Source of the DNA: Tubiluchus corallicola
Lineage: Eukaryota > Animalia > Priapulida
DNA length: 64,000 nt
Assembly: GCA_030141605.1 (NCBI GenBank)
Contig: JAQGDQ010000004.1
Span: 1,116,001-1,180,000, forward strand
Direction: 5' to 3'
Position 1 is the stretch's first letter; each line of letters opens with the position of its first letter. The notes beneath the pieces were generated by a model. That model worked only from the letters and a program-made list of their open reading frames with translations. It was not told the DNA's origin and made no database searches. Made by a program: the position numbers and the translations under genes. This document shows, piece by piece, positions 50,901 through 64,000 of the stretch.

Positions 50901-52120
50901 AAAGTACAGTCATACCTCCGTTTTCGAATGTCTCCGTACTCGTACAAATCGGTTTTCGACCAGAAAATTCGAGCTGAAATTGTCTCCGCTTTCGACCAGA
51001 ATTTCGGTACTCGACCACCCGCCAAACACGTGATGAACACAGGCACGGCGAGCCGAGGAGAGCCAAGCATAGCCGACCGCACCCGATAGTAGTCACGCAC
51101 AAGATTCGAATTGCCTAGCATCGCTAAGTGCTTTCTAAGCTTATGTGTCTCCGCTTTTTCGTGCAGGAACAATTATGTTTTTCTATCAAAGTAATTGTAT
51201 TATGTTTTTCTTATCAATTATATCACATCTACTGTTTGAATAAACATTTTTGCCTTATTATATTTCGTTTTACATTTGGTGCTTGAGAATGGATTATTTG
51301 CATTCACATTATTTCTTATGGGAATAAATGATTCGGTACTCAACCAAATCGGTTTTCAAACACTTTTTAGGAACGAATTATGGTTGAAAACAGAGGTATG
51401 ACTGTATTTATAACTTTTTGGTTAGTAGGTCTAGTTATAATTTCAATGTATAGGCCTAGCCTTGATTATTTGTGCCTGTGGAGTGATCATACACACTTTT
51501 CTAATGCTCACATTTATCTTGTGTATTTGTAACAGTGGAACAGATTTGTCAAATACATCTTAGTAATATATCACTGTACAGATAATAATTAGTAATTAAT
51601 ACACATGCACATAATGAAATGCATCACACTCCTGCAATAACTAACCTTACAACTGGATGACAAATTAATTAAAGCAATACACAACTAATGTTTTCTTTTG
51701 CCTCTTGAAGGTGTGGCTCTAGGTCGAGAAGGTGGTGTTATTCAGCGCTCTTACTGGCCATTCTACTTCGGTCTTGGTGGGAGGATAGGTTCTGGAACTC
51801 AGTTTTTTCCGTGGATTCATGTTGCTGACTTAGTAGGAATTTTTTTACACTTACTAGAAAATGAAAATGCAACTGGCGTATTTAATGGTGTGGCACCGAA
51901 TTGTTGTACCAATGGCGACTTCACAAAAGCATTTTCAATGGCAATGTGGAGGCCTGCTGTGTTTCCAGTTCCCGAATTTGTGATAAATGCGGTGTTTGGT
52001 AGTGAGCGAGGAAAAGTAGTAACGCAAGGACAGTACGTCATACCTGAGAAGGTAGTAGAATCTGGTTACCAGTTCAAATACCCAAACATTGAGAGTGCGA
52101 CGGAACAGTTAGTAAGCTAA
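47902..52120 (+). CDS. SDR39U1: Epimerase family protein SDR39U1 (TIGR01777-type atypical SDR), 6 exons
   Basis: Exons 47902-47920, 48244-48353, 49329-49411, 49613-49734, 50290-50436 and 51711-52120 are GT-AG and in phase. Motifs: MAKVVVGDASGFIGTAL, AVVNLAGENLLNPLRRW, SRINTT, LCHDWE, VRIGVALGREGG, GLGGRIGSGTQFFPWIHVADL, GVFNGVAP, GYQFKYP. Confidence 0.93.
50907..51404. mobile_element. Tigger/pogo-like MITE in SDR39U1 intron 5
   Basis: TIRs CAGTCATACCTCCGTTTTCGA / TTGAAAACAGAGGTATGACTG, TA on both flanks, internal TTTTCGACCAG repeats. Confidence 0.88.
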
Positions 52121-53692
52121 TTCATGACTATGTAGTGATTTTTAGTCATTTTCCTTGCAGTGACTAACAGTCATTCTATTATAACTCTACAAAATACCAA
52201 GTTTATGTGTGTAGGAACTATAAATATGTAAGAACCGATTTCCCTCTTCATGATCAGGAGCTGTTACTTATAAATTAAACTGTGCATTTTTTATGAATAT
52301 ATGTTAAAATGTCTGTTATGATCATAGTAGATATATCATTAAAATATAGTTGAAAATACATCTTCCAGTTTTTCTCACCAAGTCTTAAGTGTGTGTCAAA
52401 TACATTACTGAGACTAAAAATTGTGTAAATAATAAAGAACATAGTCTGAAGTAGAACACAGAATAAAGTTTGAAGTATACTATAATTAAGAAATCCCACG
52501 ACATATAAAAAGGAATAAAAAACGAAATACTTTAGATACTTATTACAGCCTGTATTTTCACAAAACACAATCATACAGCACACTACAAAAACATTTATGC
52601 TAGATATAACATACACAACTTAGACAAATCGATTGTTATTTAGTATGTAATAATAATTATCTTATTTTCATATTTTATTTCAACTGTTAAGGTTTTACAA
52701 TGCTATAATTATTTCCCAAATCACAAATTAACAATCCACAGTCTGTATACCATATTGTTTGCTTTGACTCTGAACAGTGAATATGGAGTCTTTCACACAG
52801 GAAAGATTACAAATGTTGTGCAATGGTTTATTTTGTTTACAAAAAATGTAAAACCTGCACTTGTAACTAAGTACAACAAAAGTATACACTATTGTAACAA
52901 GGCTAGTACAAGCACTGCAGATTTCCATGCATCTTTCAGGCAAAATGTTATTTTGTCACAAAAAAATAAAGTTATTTCATACCTACAACTAGATTTTTAT
53001 GAAACCTATGATATCAATAGCAACTAACTTGTGCCTCATTTTTTTTGTTGAAACTAAATAGTGTTTTAATACAGACCATACAGATACATTGTCCTTTAAA
53101 TAGAGATACTCAACTTCTGTTAGTTCAACTGTAATTTTAGCAGTTAGCAACAAGTTACCATCATTCTGACTTAACATTGCTTAATACACATATGTTATAC
53201 TAACATACATAAAAAATTTCCAACAAGTGATAAGCATTTAGTCAATTTACAAATTTTATTTGCATAACGATGTCAAGGATCAAATGCTACAAGCGTCCTG
53301 AACAACATACGGCATCTGTTAGAAATGATAACTTGCCCTGTTGATTCTTAAGAAAATCAACAATTGCTATGTATATTTTCAGTTTCTTCCAGAACAAAGC
53401 ATTTAAGAAGTACTAGCATTGGTATAAAATTTAACCTTAGTTACATTACGTTAAGCCAATTCCTGCTTCAGAAAGGCTGCAACTAGTAATGTTTTGCAAA
53501 AATGTGGAAGAAATCCTTTGTTGCTGAATTTGTCAATAGAGTGCCTGAATATTAGTTTAAGACTCATTAATATATGGTGCACTGCAAACTGCTAGCTTTG
53601 TTCAGCTTTTTCCCCAGCAGCAAAAGATGGTTTTATATAAATTTGTTACTGATTAAATAAAATATTTCTAGTTCTAATTAAACTTGGCACTG

Positions 53693-56600
53693 CTATTGAT
53701 AAGAACCAGCAGGAAAATTGTTTATTTCACCTTGTTCAGCTATGTTTGCTCCATCCAGTGTATAGTTTAATCGAATTCTCATTCGCAATGTAGCCTAAAA
53801 AGTGAAAAATATGAAATACTGATGAGTCGTTATGGAAAGAATGAATTTGACCATTTAGTATGTAAATGAAAAAAATCATAAACTCTGTAATAAATAATAA
53901 AGTTTAATAATTCTACAGACACTTTACTGAACTAGTAAAGTAAGAACCAACTGAGTACGAATGACATGAAACTCGTATAAATGGTGACACCCACATATAA
54001 AACCTAGCACAGAAAACTAAGCAAGCCAAATGGTTTCAGTTGTCAAGAAAAAAATGGGTATGAACTGAAAACCCATTAGTAATGAGATAACAAAGAAACA
54101 AAAAGATGGGTACGTTGTTACATGAAAAAAACAATTCAAGAAAACCTTCTACGCACAAGGAATTAACACTAAAAATGAGTACATTTTAAATTAAAAAATG
54201 TAATGTCAAATGTTTGCAGAAAAGTAAAATAGAATTGGATATTAATTAGTTGACTTTTTTTGATGAAGTCACATTCTCAATATTAAAACACACCTTTTGT
54301 GGGTTGGTGATCTTCAGCTGTTGAGTCAGCTGACCTGTATTGTTTGGTGGAACGACACTGCCAGAAGGTGACAACATTTGTAGTTGGAATGTCTGTAAAT
54401 ACAACATAGAAGTGTGATGTGAAAAGAAATAAACATGAAAGAATTTGTTAGCATCAATGATGTTTCTTGTAATAAGCAAGTAACTTGATCAAAGTGATTC
54501 AGCAGCAATTAGATGTTCTAGCAGAGTCTTAAATGACTAGGGTAAGATGTACCTCCAAATCAGTAAACTTCTTGCGTTGTTCAACTTAGGAACCAATACA
54601 AATATCTGCACAAAAATACTCGCTTATCTAAATTATCTAAATTGAAATGTCAAAAAAGTCAGAATATTACTTATTTAGTTCAAATATATTAACACATGAA
54701 AAGTATTAAAACTTTGATTTTCGTTGGTATTATTAATATACTGATATAACCAACTCTAGCCATCACATCACAATTGTGCAAACAGAAGTCATATGCAAGC
54801 CAAAGAAAAAGCATAGTCTACTAATTAATCTATCTCTATATATCTATTATTTATCTTTCAGCTTCCGCTGCAGTTTATTGAATAAACTAATGTGATTCCC
54901 AAAATATTACTTACTTTTGGAACAGCAGCTTGGAAAACAAAGTTTTCTAGTGGATGTGGCTGTGAATTTGTAGCTGCAACTGATACAGTTAACACATCCT
55001 CATTACGCTCGAAATAAAAATCAATTTTTAAACCATCTTTGTGATAAGCTACAATAGACGGTATACCTAAAAATATAAACAGCTATTAAATGACAAATCT
55101 ATTCTTTAAACTATAATATTAATAAACAATTCAGCACCTGTGCAATCCCTTCGTTCAAACTTCAAACTTTTAATTCACTGCCAATTTGATTGAAGTTTCA
55201 ATTATTTGAATTTTTAATACTTCTACTCACTTGACTTAAAAGTTGGCTGAGGAGCTGTGAATCCATCTAAAATATTATTCATAGGTGGCACACCTACTGT
55301 AGGTAAAAGTTGAGTATCTGAAAATGCAAAAAAATGTCATGAAACCTATTATATAGACCAAAAGTTAATTTTGCATGTAAACAAACAGATACACATGTGG
55401 CTTGCACAACAAAACCAGTGCACCCTTAACAAAAATTTGGATATGTTCACGTTTCACTGATTATTTTGGTATCAATTTTATCCTCTTACATCGTCCTACA
55501 GCTGAATTACTATGACATTACAGGTTAAAAGCATGCATGACAGAAGACAAAGTAGTTAAAAATTTGACTGTAAAAAATGATCACTTGCTGGTCACTATAA
55601 TTTATTGCTCTTGCTGAATTTGGCAGAGAAATAACTAGTTTTCAGAAGACTGTATAAGTGCTCTACCCGTAAACTGCAACTGCTACTAGATAAATATTTT
55701 TCTTGTTGTAGCAACACACAAAAGTAATAAAAAATAAGTTTAACATAATTAACTATTTGGCCTTACAGTGATGTCTTAACTTCTGAGCACTATGGAGATA
55801 AACGTTAATGTGTTTTCAGTACGTGATGACAGTGGTAAAATTTATTTCTATGTTTATGGTGAGCTACTTGAACACAATCCAGGGTTCCCACAGAATTTAA
55901 AAAAAAATTCCCAGACCTTTCCCTGACAAAATATAGATTTTCCATGAGCAAGTTAAGCAAAAATTGTATTACCAGTATACGTATTCAAACATTTTCGTGT
56001 ATGGACAGTCATACATATACTGATATATAATGTGTTGGTGCAGTTGCAGTAGTGCTAACGAATTTACACTAATCACATTACATAAACTTTCTTAATCCAA
56101 TCATTATTTTTGAAACAGAATTCGAACGGGGAGCCCACCATAGCAAAATTTTATTTGAACACAAATCGCTGAAAAATGTTTGGAAAAATATTGATTCATG
56201 GTGATTATTTTTGCAACCCTTTCCAATTTCCCTGGCTTTTTGCCCCAGTTTCTGTGACTTTTAACAAATTATCCTTTTCCATGACTTTTCAGGATAGCCT
56301 GTATTTTCCAGGATTTTCCCTGACTGTGTGAACTCTGACAATCTAGAAATATTAGTACCAGTCTTTGTCTAATTAGTTAATATAATTCAACAATCTGAAA
56401 CTTCGTTATCAAAAGCAGCAACTGAAGAGACACGTGGGCGGTTGAGTAAAAGCAACAGGCATTTCTGAACACATCTATCAAGAACTGTGCAAAACCTTGA
56501 TCTTACCAAACACGGGCATCCTGGGAGTTTCTGATGGCATTCCTCCTAGATCTAGCAAATCTAATAGATTTTCTGCCGGCTTTGTTATTGTAGGCTGTGT

Positions 56601-59600
56601 TGGCGGTACTGGTGTCTCACCAAGAATATCGAGAAGGCCTTGACTCTATACAATAAAAAATGAACATGCACTAAAGTAAGTGCAAACTATTTCTACGAAA
56701 TTTTTACCATACAAGCAAAGATATAATTTATTTCTTGTCATTATGCTGTTATTCACTATACAATGTGGATTACCACTTGTAAGGCAAAATAATCTTAGGT
56801 GACAAACCGTTTCGGGTTTAGGAGTAGGTTTTGATTTCACGCCTTCGTCAACTGGAAACAGGTCATCATCGTCACCATTTAATATGTCACCATTTGACAA
56901 GGCAAGATTTGCTGAACTTAACTCTTTCTTCATTTCCAATAAAGGCATTCTTTCTAAAACTCCTGGTCTGTATAATGCACAAATAAATAAATAAATATAA
57001 ACACAAGTTCTATACAAATGACAACTTAACACTGATATTAAGGCTGGCATAGTTATTATTAACCTTAACAATCTCATATTCATAAAGTCTGCCATAGATT
57101 TAAAAACAAGTTAAACTAGGTTGCTGTTTATGACTTAGTCATAAATTTAAGATTCTGCAATATCACTAGAACTACAACTGGAATGGTAAGATGAGTGCAG
57201 AACACGATCGCTCTAAGAGGAGTCTAATGATAAATCTATTTATTTTAATTTTCACATAAAGGCTCCTATCACAGTAACCTTTGATCCAGAGAGCACTTTT
57301 CTCAGACGTTTACCCTGCAAGTTTCATTGTTCTATCACTTACACTTATACAGTTATTGACATAACACAGTTTTAACATTGTTGTTCCTGTCACGCACGGC
57401 TACCCAAGCATGCCTAAACATGGACTCCTAGTTGAATACTGTAAGACAAGTTGAATGGCAAAGCCCTTATTTTTACATTTTGGCTCCTATCTTGGAACTT
57501 TCCCAGACCCCAATTTCTGAAAATGCTTAACGTACATCTAGCTCACAAGACTAAAATACCTGTGAAAAGTTTTGAATTTAACTTAAAGCCCTAGGAGTAG
57601 TTAAGTGACAAATGAAAAACAGACCAATGTCTAGTGAGCTTGATCCTTTGACCACAGACCAAAAGCTACTACACTGTTGTCTGAAACCCCCACCCCAAGT
57701 TCCTACCCTGCAAGTTTAGTGACTATGTAGTAGGTAGTCTGGCTTTGGAGTTATAGACATGGCTCTCTTTTTAACACTTTCGTCTGCGTCAAATGAACTG
57801 GTTAAGCCCACTTTTCTAAAAATGCTTAATGCACATCTACCTTCACCTGGCTATCCATACATGTAATAACATAGACTTGTACTTAAATACTTTAAGTGAA
57901 GTTGAGTGACAAAGTCATTTACCCTAATTTTCATATTTTGTCCCCTATCTCAAGCCCTTAAAGAATCCCAGCTTTTCAAAACCCCAGGTGCATATCTACA
58001 GCTAAAGAAAACAAATGGATACTAAATAACCATGGAAAAATTTGGAGTTTAACTCAATCATTAGGTGTTGAACGACAACCAAAAAACTGCCCGATGTCCT
58101 CTGTCGGTGACCCTTTGACTCGCGGCCCCACCCAGTCGTTGACCCGAGGTCAAAGGTCACTACACACACAGTTGCCTCAACCCTACCTCAGCTGTCTATC
58201 TCGCAAGTTTGATGACTCTAGGTGCCATGGTTTTGGAGTTATTTACTGTTTTAGTGGAGAAACAACAGTACAAAATAAAGAAAGAAACAATTTATTTCCA
58301 ACAAGATTCTGCATATAGTGCAAAATCTCAATAAAGAAGGGGTTCATTTCCAGTAAGATTTTGCATAAGTGCAGAATGCTAACAAATCATTGAAGCACAT
58401 TATTTGTTTTTACTCTTGTAGACCGAGCTTGCAAACAATAAACAAGCTCAGAGGATCGAGCAAATTTTATCTATGAGACATGTCTTCTCTAAAGTGCCAT
58501 AACAAAGCAGCCATAGAGCTTATTTGTCTCACGTTTTTGCAAGCAGACCCAGTAAAGTAAACAGATGGCACATAAATGTGACTGTATGCTGTAATCTTAC
58601 CGCATTGGATCATGTCGATTGAACAATGTGTTATATTCCACAGATCTCTGTTGTAGCTCAGTGTTCGTGCTGCTTCCGTATACAGAAATATATGCTTTAA
58701 TTCTCCTAAACAAGAACAAAAAACACATGTGAAACAGTGACAACACAAACTTGCAAATATTCAACGGCTATACAAGATTTGCCCAAATAAACTAGTTCTT
58801 TTGTAGTAGACCAGAAAAATGTTATTCTTACAACAAATATGATGATCAAAACAAGCTCAACTTCAATTTAAAAGAGCAGATCATAATATATATATAAAAA
58901 CAAAAATACCAAAAACAAAAACAAACTGAATAATTACTAAACAGTCACTAATTGAAAATCATGGCATAGAAGTAGAGCTAGACTGTGCTGTATATATGGT
59001 GTAGTGTAATAATCAAGCAACTTACATTGCGCTGGATGGGAAACGTGTACTAAGTTTCATCAAGGCATTGAGAGCATATTCTTTTGTAACAATTGCTGAT
59101 ACATTCGAAGATACGACACGCTCAAATAAGCTAATAACATCGTCTTCAGACACCTTAACCAGAAAAGAAAATTGCATATCTAATATATCTATAATATGCT
59201 TAGTACATAATCTCTATATGTATGCACACGGGTTATTAGTCACTGCTGCAGTGAAGTTATGTAAGATTATTATCGACAGTTCATGTAATCAACCAAACTG
59301 ATACATGACCAATAAAGAAAGCACAACTGTTTCTTAATTGCAGAGATAGAAAATCTACAAATAACTTTGGTTCTTATTGCAAAAATATCAAATACAGACT
59401 TGACAGCAAATATGCTAAGCTATTATTACATAGTAGAACAACTGAAGCACCTAATAAAAAGCCAACAGTCTATTGTTGTGAGTGCCAAAACAAGTAGTAA
59501 CCAGTGCTTGAAGCATCTACTTTATTCTCATCTGCGGATACTTTTGCTGCACCTATATGTATTGTTATCTACTTTCGTCAGCATCTACATGTACCTACAT

Positions 59601-62390
59601 CTACTTTGTCTAACATCAACTTTGGTAAAGGAAATTAAAGTCTCTCTTGTAATTCATGCATGCTAACACTGAAGTTATGTTAATCATATCAGCAAAAGTA
59701 GGCTGCCAATTCTTATTATTGTCTATGTGGCCACATTTTTCTATGTACAATTACAACCTGTTACATACTTCTTGTTCTTAAAAATATTTACATTATTTTT
59801 ATGTTTTTGCAATTATCTGTTAAAAGATTATTATCAAGCAATTATTAATTTATTATTACATGTATTATCATAACAAATTTAACTGATTTTGTCATAATTA
59901 TTTTTTCTGGGAAAATATTTTAGTGCATTTAACACTGTTATGCCAAAGATGTTAGCCTGTTAGATTACTTAAGCCAAGTCTATTTACTGATTTGGTAATT
60001 GGCCTAACAACTGCCGAGCAAGCAGAACCATGAAACTTGGATGTCAGTAAACTCGTTTTTAAATATTATGTCTTGTGTGAGGGTATGTATCAACTTTGCA
60101 ATTTGATTGGCACCACTAGCTGTGTGTCATGCAGCAGTCGCGGGCCGTGGAACAACACATGCAATCAGTTAGGGGGTCTGGGGGAGCAGTGTAAGCAGCC
60201 CCAGCGGGGTCCAGGGCCACCAAAGCATTTTCCTGTATTTAAGGGTATTTCAGAGGCATCAAATGAGATCTAAATTCTGGTACACAGAATATCTCAAATG
60301 TGAAAAATGTACTTATAATAAGTCACGTAGCTATTGGTGGATTAACTTTTGTAGTTATTGACTGATTGGTAATGTTGAAATGCAATGTAATACAACCAAA
60401 CTATAAGCTCTTGGAAAAAAAAACCTAGGTAGAGCTAGGCTACAATCAGGTATTGTAATTCAATTTTCAATTTCAATGAAGCAGCCTGTCACTTGTACCA
60501 AAACTGTACATTGTTTTAAAGCCAACCCTTACATCATAGCTAATTAAAAATAAGTTAATTTAGAAAAACAGTATAAAAGAAATGCTTATCTCACATGCAC
60601 TTCTCGCATACTGAAGTCTAACTACTGCATTAACACTACATTAAAGTCCTATGATGGGATAACTATACTAAAGCAATAATAATACTGACGCGCTGAAAAC
60701 TGAAATTAACGCAATGAAACATCTAAACACTACAGTAATTAGTAAAACACTTAAACACCATATCAATTATGATCTAGCACTCTGCTGCAGCTACAGAACT
60801 CGATCTACTACAGTACGTATTAAACAATGGCTCAAACAAGACATTCACATGTAGCTGGGCCAACAATAACCCAAGTTGAATACACGGCAGCATTTCTCTC
60901 GCGGATAGACCTGGGATAAAAAACAATGCTGCCGCTAATGGTGATTGGACAATTTCCGATTAAGCAACACCTTCAAGCACCCTGTCTAAAATTGCAATGA
61001 GTGTGATTTCACGTTGAAAAATGCCGTAAATGCACACAGCTGCATCACTTGCGTAGTGTAATGGTTTCGTAAAATGTATCGCCTACAGATGTTATAATAC
61101 AATGCAAGTGTAAAATGTTAATAAATACTAGCATGCATTGCATGTATGGACTGCACTCCACTGCTGCCATGGCATCTTACAGTGGACGGTGTCAGAAAAT
61201 CATATTTCTAATCTTAATTTCTATCAACTATTTATTACACTGCTATAAGTTTTGTCACTGTTGATTTTCATGTGTTTGTTTTTGAAAATTTCATTTGTTC
61301 TACTTATATTGAATAGAAGTCATTTGTGCACCAAACACTTGTAATAACAGCTAGGCATTGCTTAGTTATTAATTTCAATGTATGTATTTTATGTACTGTA
61401 TTTAAATTCTACAAAAAATATTAGTGCAATAAACTTTCGTACATAAAATATTCGTGCACGCATGCACAAACGCACGCACACAAACACACACACACACATA
61501 CGCATATATATACATACACATATATGCATGTATATATGTGGCTTCACAACCACTAACCACCTAAACAAATGTAAAAACTGGTTTGCACACATTTATTATT
61601 AACTGAGTATGACAATAGCTACCTGAATATTATCATCCTCGTCAGTTCCAGGTAGAAGTAATTGATCACCATATTCCCCAATGGTCCACGAAGCAACTTG
61701 CACTAACGGTTGCTGACTAATGTCTATAGTCAATGCTCTGTACAATTGCTTGGCCATATAAGCATGTAATTCGCTTGAACACGAAATAAGATGAACAAAG
61801 TTCGACACAACATCTTGTTGCACATGATTACCAGCCTTGAAAAAAATACTTATAAAAGCAACAGAATTTAAGAATATAACATGAAAATTAGGCAATGTTT
61901 TTACATATTCTTTAAATGTACAAACTGTGCAACATGATTGATAATGTATATAGCAAAAAATTTAAATCTATACCAATATTTTAGCTGCCTTTTCAATGGG
62001 CAATTACTTACCGTAGTTAACACCTTCATCATAGTGTCCAAATGCCAACGCCGACTTGGTGAAAACCTGAAAGAATGTTTAAGGAAAACTGTCCATCATA
62101 TATCCATTTAATAATATAATAATATAATGTATAATAATTTTATAACCTTTGTTACAGTTTGTATGTTTACTACTTCTTTTGTCTGCAGCATTTACACATG
62201 GTCATTTCCATGAATACTCGAGACAAGAAATTATTGGTAAATTACATACCGTTCAGCTACAAAGAACATCTTAGAGGCACAGACTGTCTTGAATTCTGGA
62301 TCGGCTTTCTCAAGGAAACCCATCAATTCTTTCATCATACTACGGATATTATTGGTGTTGATAAGCACAAAACACAGCTCCATAGCTCGT
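53693..62390 (-). CDS. AP1G1: AP-1 complex subunit gamma (gamma-adaptin), 3' 11 coding exons; 5' part lies beyond the right edge
   Basis: Exons 62390-62250, 62066-62012, 61835-61623, 59153-59026, 58705-58601, 56967-56808, 56645-56507, 55317-55231, 55066-54915, 54392-54294 and 53794-53693 are phase-consistent. Motifs: [52 protein letters not shown], hinge clathrin box LLDLL, GAE ear [30 protein letters not shown]. Confidence 0.96.
55880..56337. mobile_element. hAT-like MITE in an AP1G1 intron
   Basis: TIR CAGGGTTCCCACAG / CTGTGTGAACTCTG, subterminal TTTCCCTGAC/TTTCCATGAC repeats, and ACAATC directly repeated on both flanks. Confidence 0.8.
57113..58334 (-). mobile_element. Helentron-associated non-autonomous element (HINE/DINE-1 architecture)
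   Basis: On the minus strand the 5' subTIR GAGATTTTGCA is followed by its partial inverted repeat TGCAGAATCT. The core has degenerate tandem repeats (ACCCTGCAAGTTT x3, AAATGCTTAAYGYACATCTA x2). The 3' subTIR TGCAGAATCTT is followed by the palindrome TTTATGACTAAGTCATAAA and CTAGTTT. Confidence 0.75.
60133..60240 (+). mobile_element. Fragment of a GC-rich hAT-type MITE
   Basis: GGGGGTCTGGGGGAGCAGTGTAAGCAGCCCCAGCGGGGTCCAGGGC is an internal hairpin motif I recall from invertebrate non-autonomous DNA transposons; termini not found. Confidence 0.45.
61455..61540. repeat. Compound (CA)n/(TA)n microsatellite
   Basis: GCACGCACACAAACACACACACACATACGCATATATATACATACACATATATGCATGTATATATGTG read directly. 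Confidence 0.85.
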
Positions 62391-64000
62391 CTGAAAAAGT
62401 ACGACGGATCGCCAATAAGCATTCAACACACAAAAAACATTTCATTACTCCTGGCATAACAAATTATTACCATTATGATCAGGATGATCAGTCATTCCCC
62501 CAATCCCTCTGTTGAGCTAAATTTGTGCATTGTAATATGTGCAACACGAAAGTTTGCAAAATCTAAACTCCATGGCACCCATTAGTAATACCGAGGACTG
62601 CAGTGTCGTTTGTCTACAAGTGCACATGAATGCATACCTTTACTTGGCAAAAAAGTAATCGTTTTTTTACGTTTACAATTACAGCCTATCACAGTTTCAT
62701 TTCTGTTCTATTTTCGTGCATAAACATAATCACATGGATACTGTTTAACAATGCATGTCTGACAGTCATATAGTGCGATGTGTCACTGAGCATATCGCAG
62801 CCAAAATTGTGAAAATTACCAAATTCGTAAAAGCTCACCACTTTTGTAAAAAATAACCTCTTTGGTAAAAAATTATTTTGTAAAAAAAAATCTTGCCCAC
62901 AATTGTAAAACCATGGGCTATTATTATTGTTGGATTTTTGCAAAAACAATTGGGACACTAATTTTGTAAAAACAATAATTACTTTTCTAAAACATGCCAT
63001 TTACATAAGGGATGGTCTCTTTGCACATTGATTTAAACCAGATGCAAAAATACATACAGCACATTGCATAATCATGATGGCACTATATGGTGCAACACTT
63101 TCTCGCCACATACACATCATGCATATTGTGATGATGCATTCCCTCAAGAGACAGCAGTATACTGTGCAGAAATCTGGTGACGTGATTTTTTAAGATTTTG
63201 CAATATTCAATTTCAAACCCGCAAATCCAAACTTACAAAATTTGCATTTGGACGTCACCTGATTTCAATGTGAAAAAGTAGTCTACATGAACTGATATTT
63301 TTACAAAAATAAACATTTGAATTGATTCTCAACATATGTGTGATTTTAATGTGATAAGATGCGTGGTATTATCATAAATGCATTTAATTTGTGAAAGCTT
63401 TAGTATGCTAAAAATAGATTTTTCTACGAATATTGTACATTATAATCACTGTAGTATGTTGGCTGATACGTTATGCAGCTATTGCAAAGTATTTTTAATT
63501 TACCATCATGTATTACATTGTGTTTGCACCAAGTTAGCCTGTGAAAAATGCTCTTTTTTTCATAAATGTTTTGTGGGAGAGACGTCGGCCTGGTTCTTAA
63601 TTAAACAATTACGTGGAAGTGTATATAGTCTAGTATGGTTTTTATAGAGAAAGGTGCATAACGCTTAAGTCTACGAGTTGATAATTAGAATGGTTTGCTG
63701 TTACTGAAACATAATTTAGACTAAATTTTAACTCTTAACAAAAACCGCATAACCATTGGTTTAAAAAGGAGTGGCCACCCAAATAAAGTTTATTCAATTC
63801 ACAAGATTTGTTGCAATTACATAGTTACTTCTTATAACAGCAGTAAATCTAATTATAGATACACATCAGCACATAACCAAAAAAAAAAACTATTAAAGAA
63901 AGGGGGAAAAAATTCACCTAACGAATTAGGCGGACCATTTGACGTCTGCTTGTAGGAAAAGCAACCGTCAAATGCTCACCTGTACAATGGTGACGAAGGA

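Noticed and set aside
53800-63900. Intronic snoRNAs (human AP1G1 hosts snoRNAs, from memory)
   Set aside because: By eye I found no properly spaced C box / D box pair with a terminal stem on the minus strand; an Rfam search is needed.
63915-64000. Possible further AP1G1 exon (minus-strand donors CAG/GTGAGC and TAG/GTGAAT)
   Set aside because: The translation does not match the expected upstream peptide (..DCLKDxDVSIR), so the next exon probably lies outside the window.

Overview
AT-rich, intron-rich animal (invertebrate-like) genomic DNA; the species cannot be determined from sequence alone. Most short ORFs in the track are intronic noise or single exons. Reading GT-AG junctions by hand gives six protein-coding genes: (1) 5' part of a glucose-6-phosphate exchanger, SLC37A4-like (minus, runs off the left edge); (2) a divergent NAT16/histidine N-acetyltransferase-like GNAT (plus, 5' end uncertain); (3) a complete 13-exon arylsulfatase B/I/J-family gene (plus); (4) the GRIP golgin GCC1 with an uninterrupted CDS (minus), plus a decayed duplicate of its 3' end; (5) a 6-exon SDR39U1 epimerase-family gene (plus); (6) the 3' 11 exons of AP-1 gamma adaptin AP1G1 (minus, runs off the right edge). 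Introns and spacers hold many non-autonomous transposons: Tigger-like and hAT-like MITEs, Helentron/HINE-like elements, a solo-LTR-like insert and CR1/L2 LINE relics. I found no CRISPR array, tRNA or rRNA, and no new multi-gene system that I can support. The best leads are a 53-bp tandem array built from copies of a real 3' splice site, the GCC1 GRIP duplicate ending at a hAT terminus, an LTR-like insert flanked by a ~60-bp duplication, and motif or junction anomalies in SDR39U1, the GNAT and the arylsulfatase N-terminus. Coordinates were counted by hand and may be off by a few bases.
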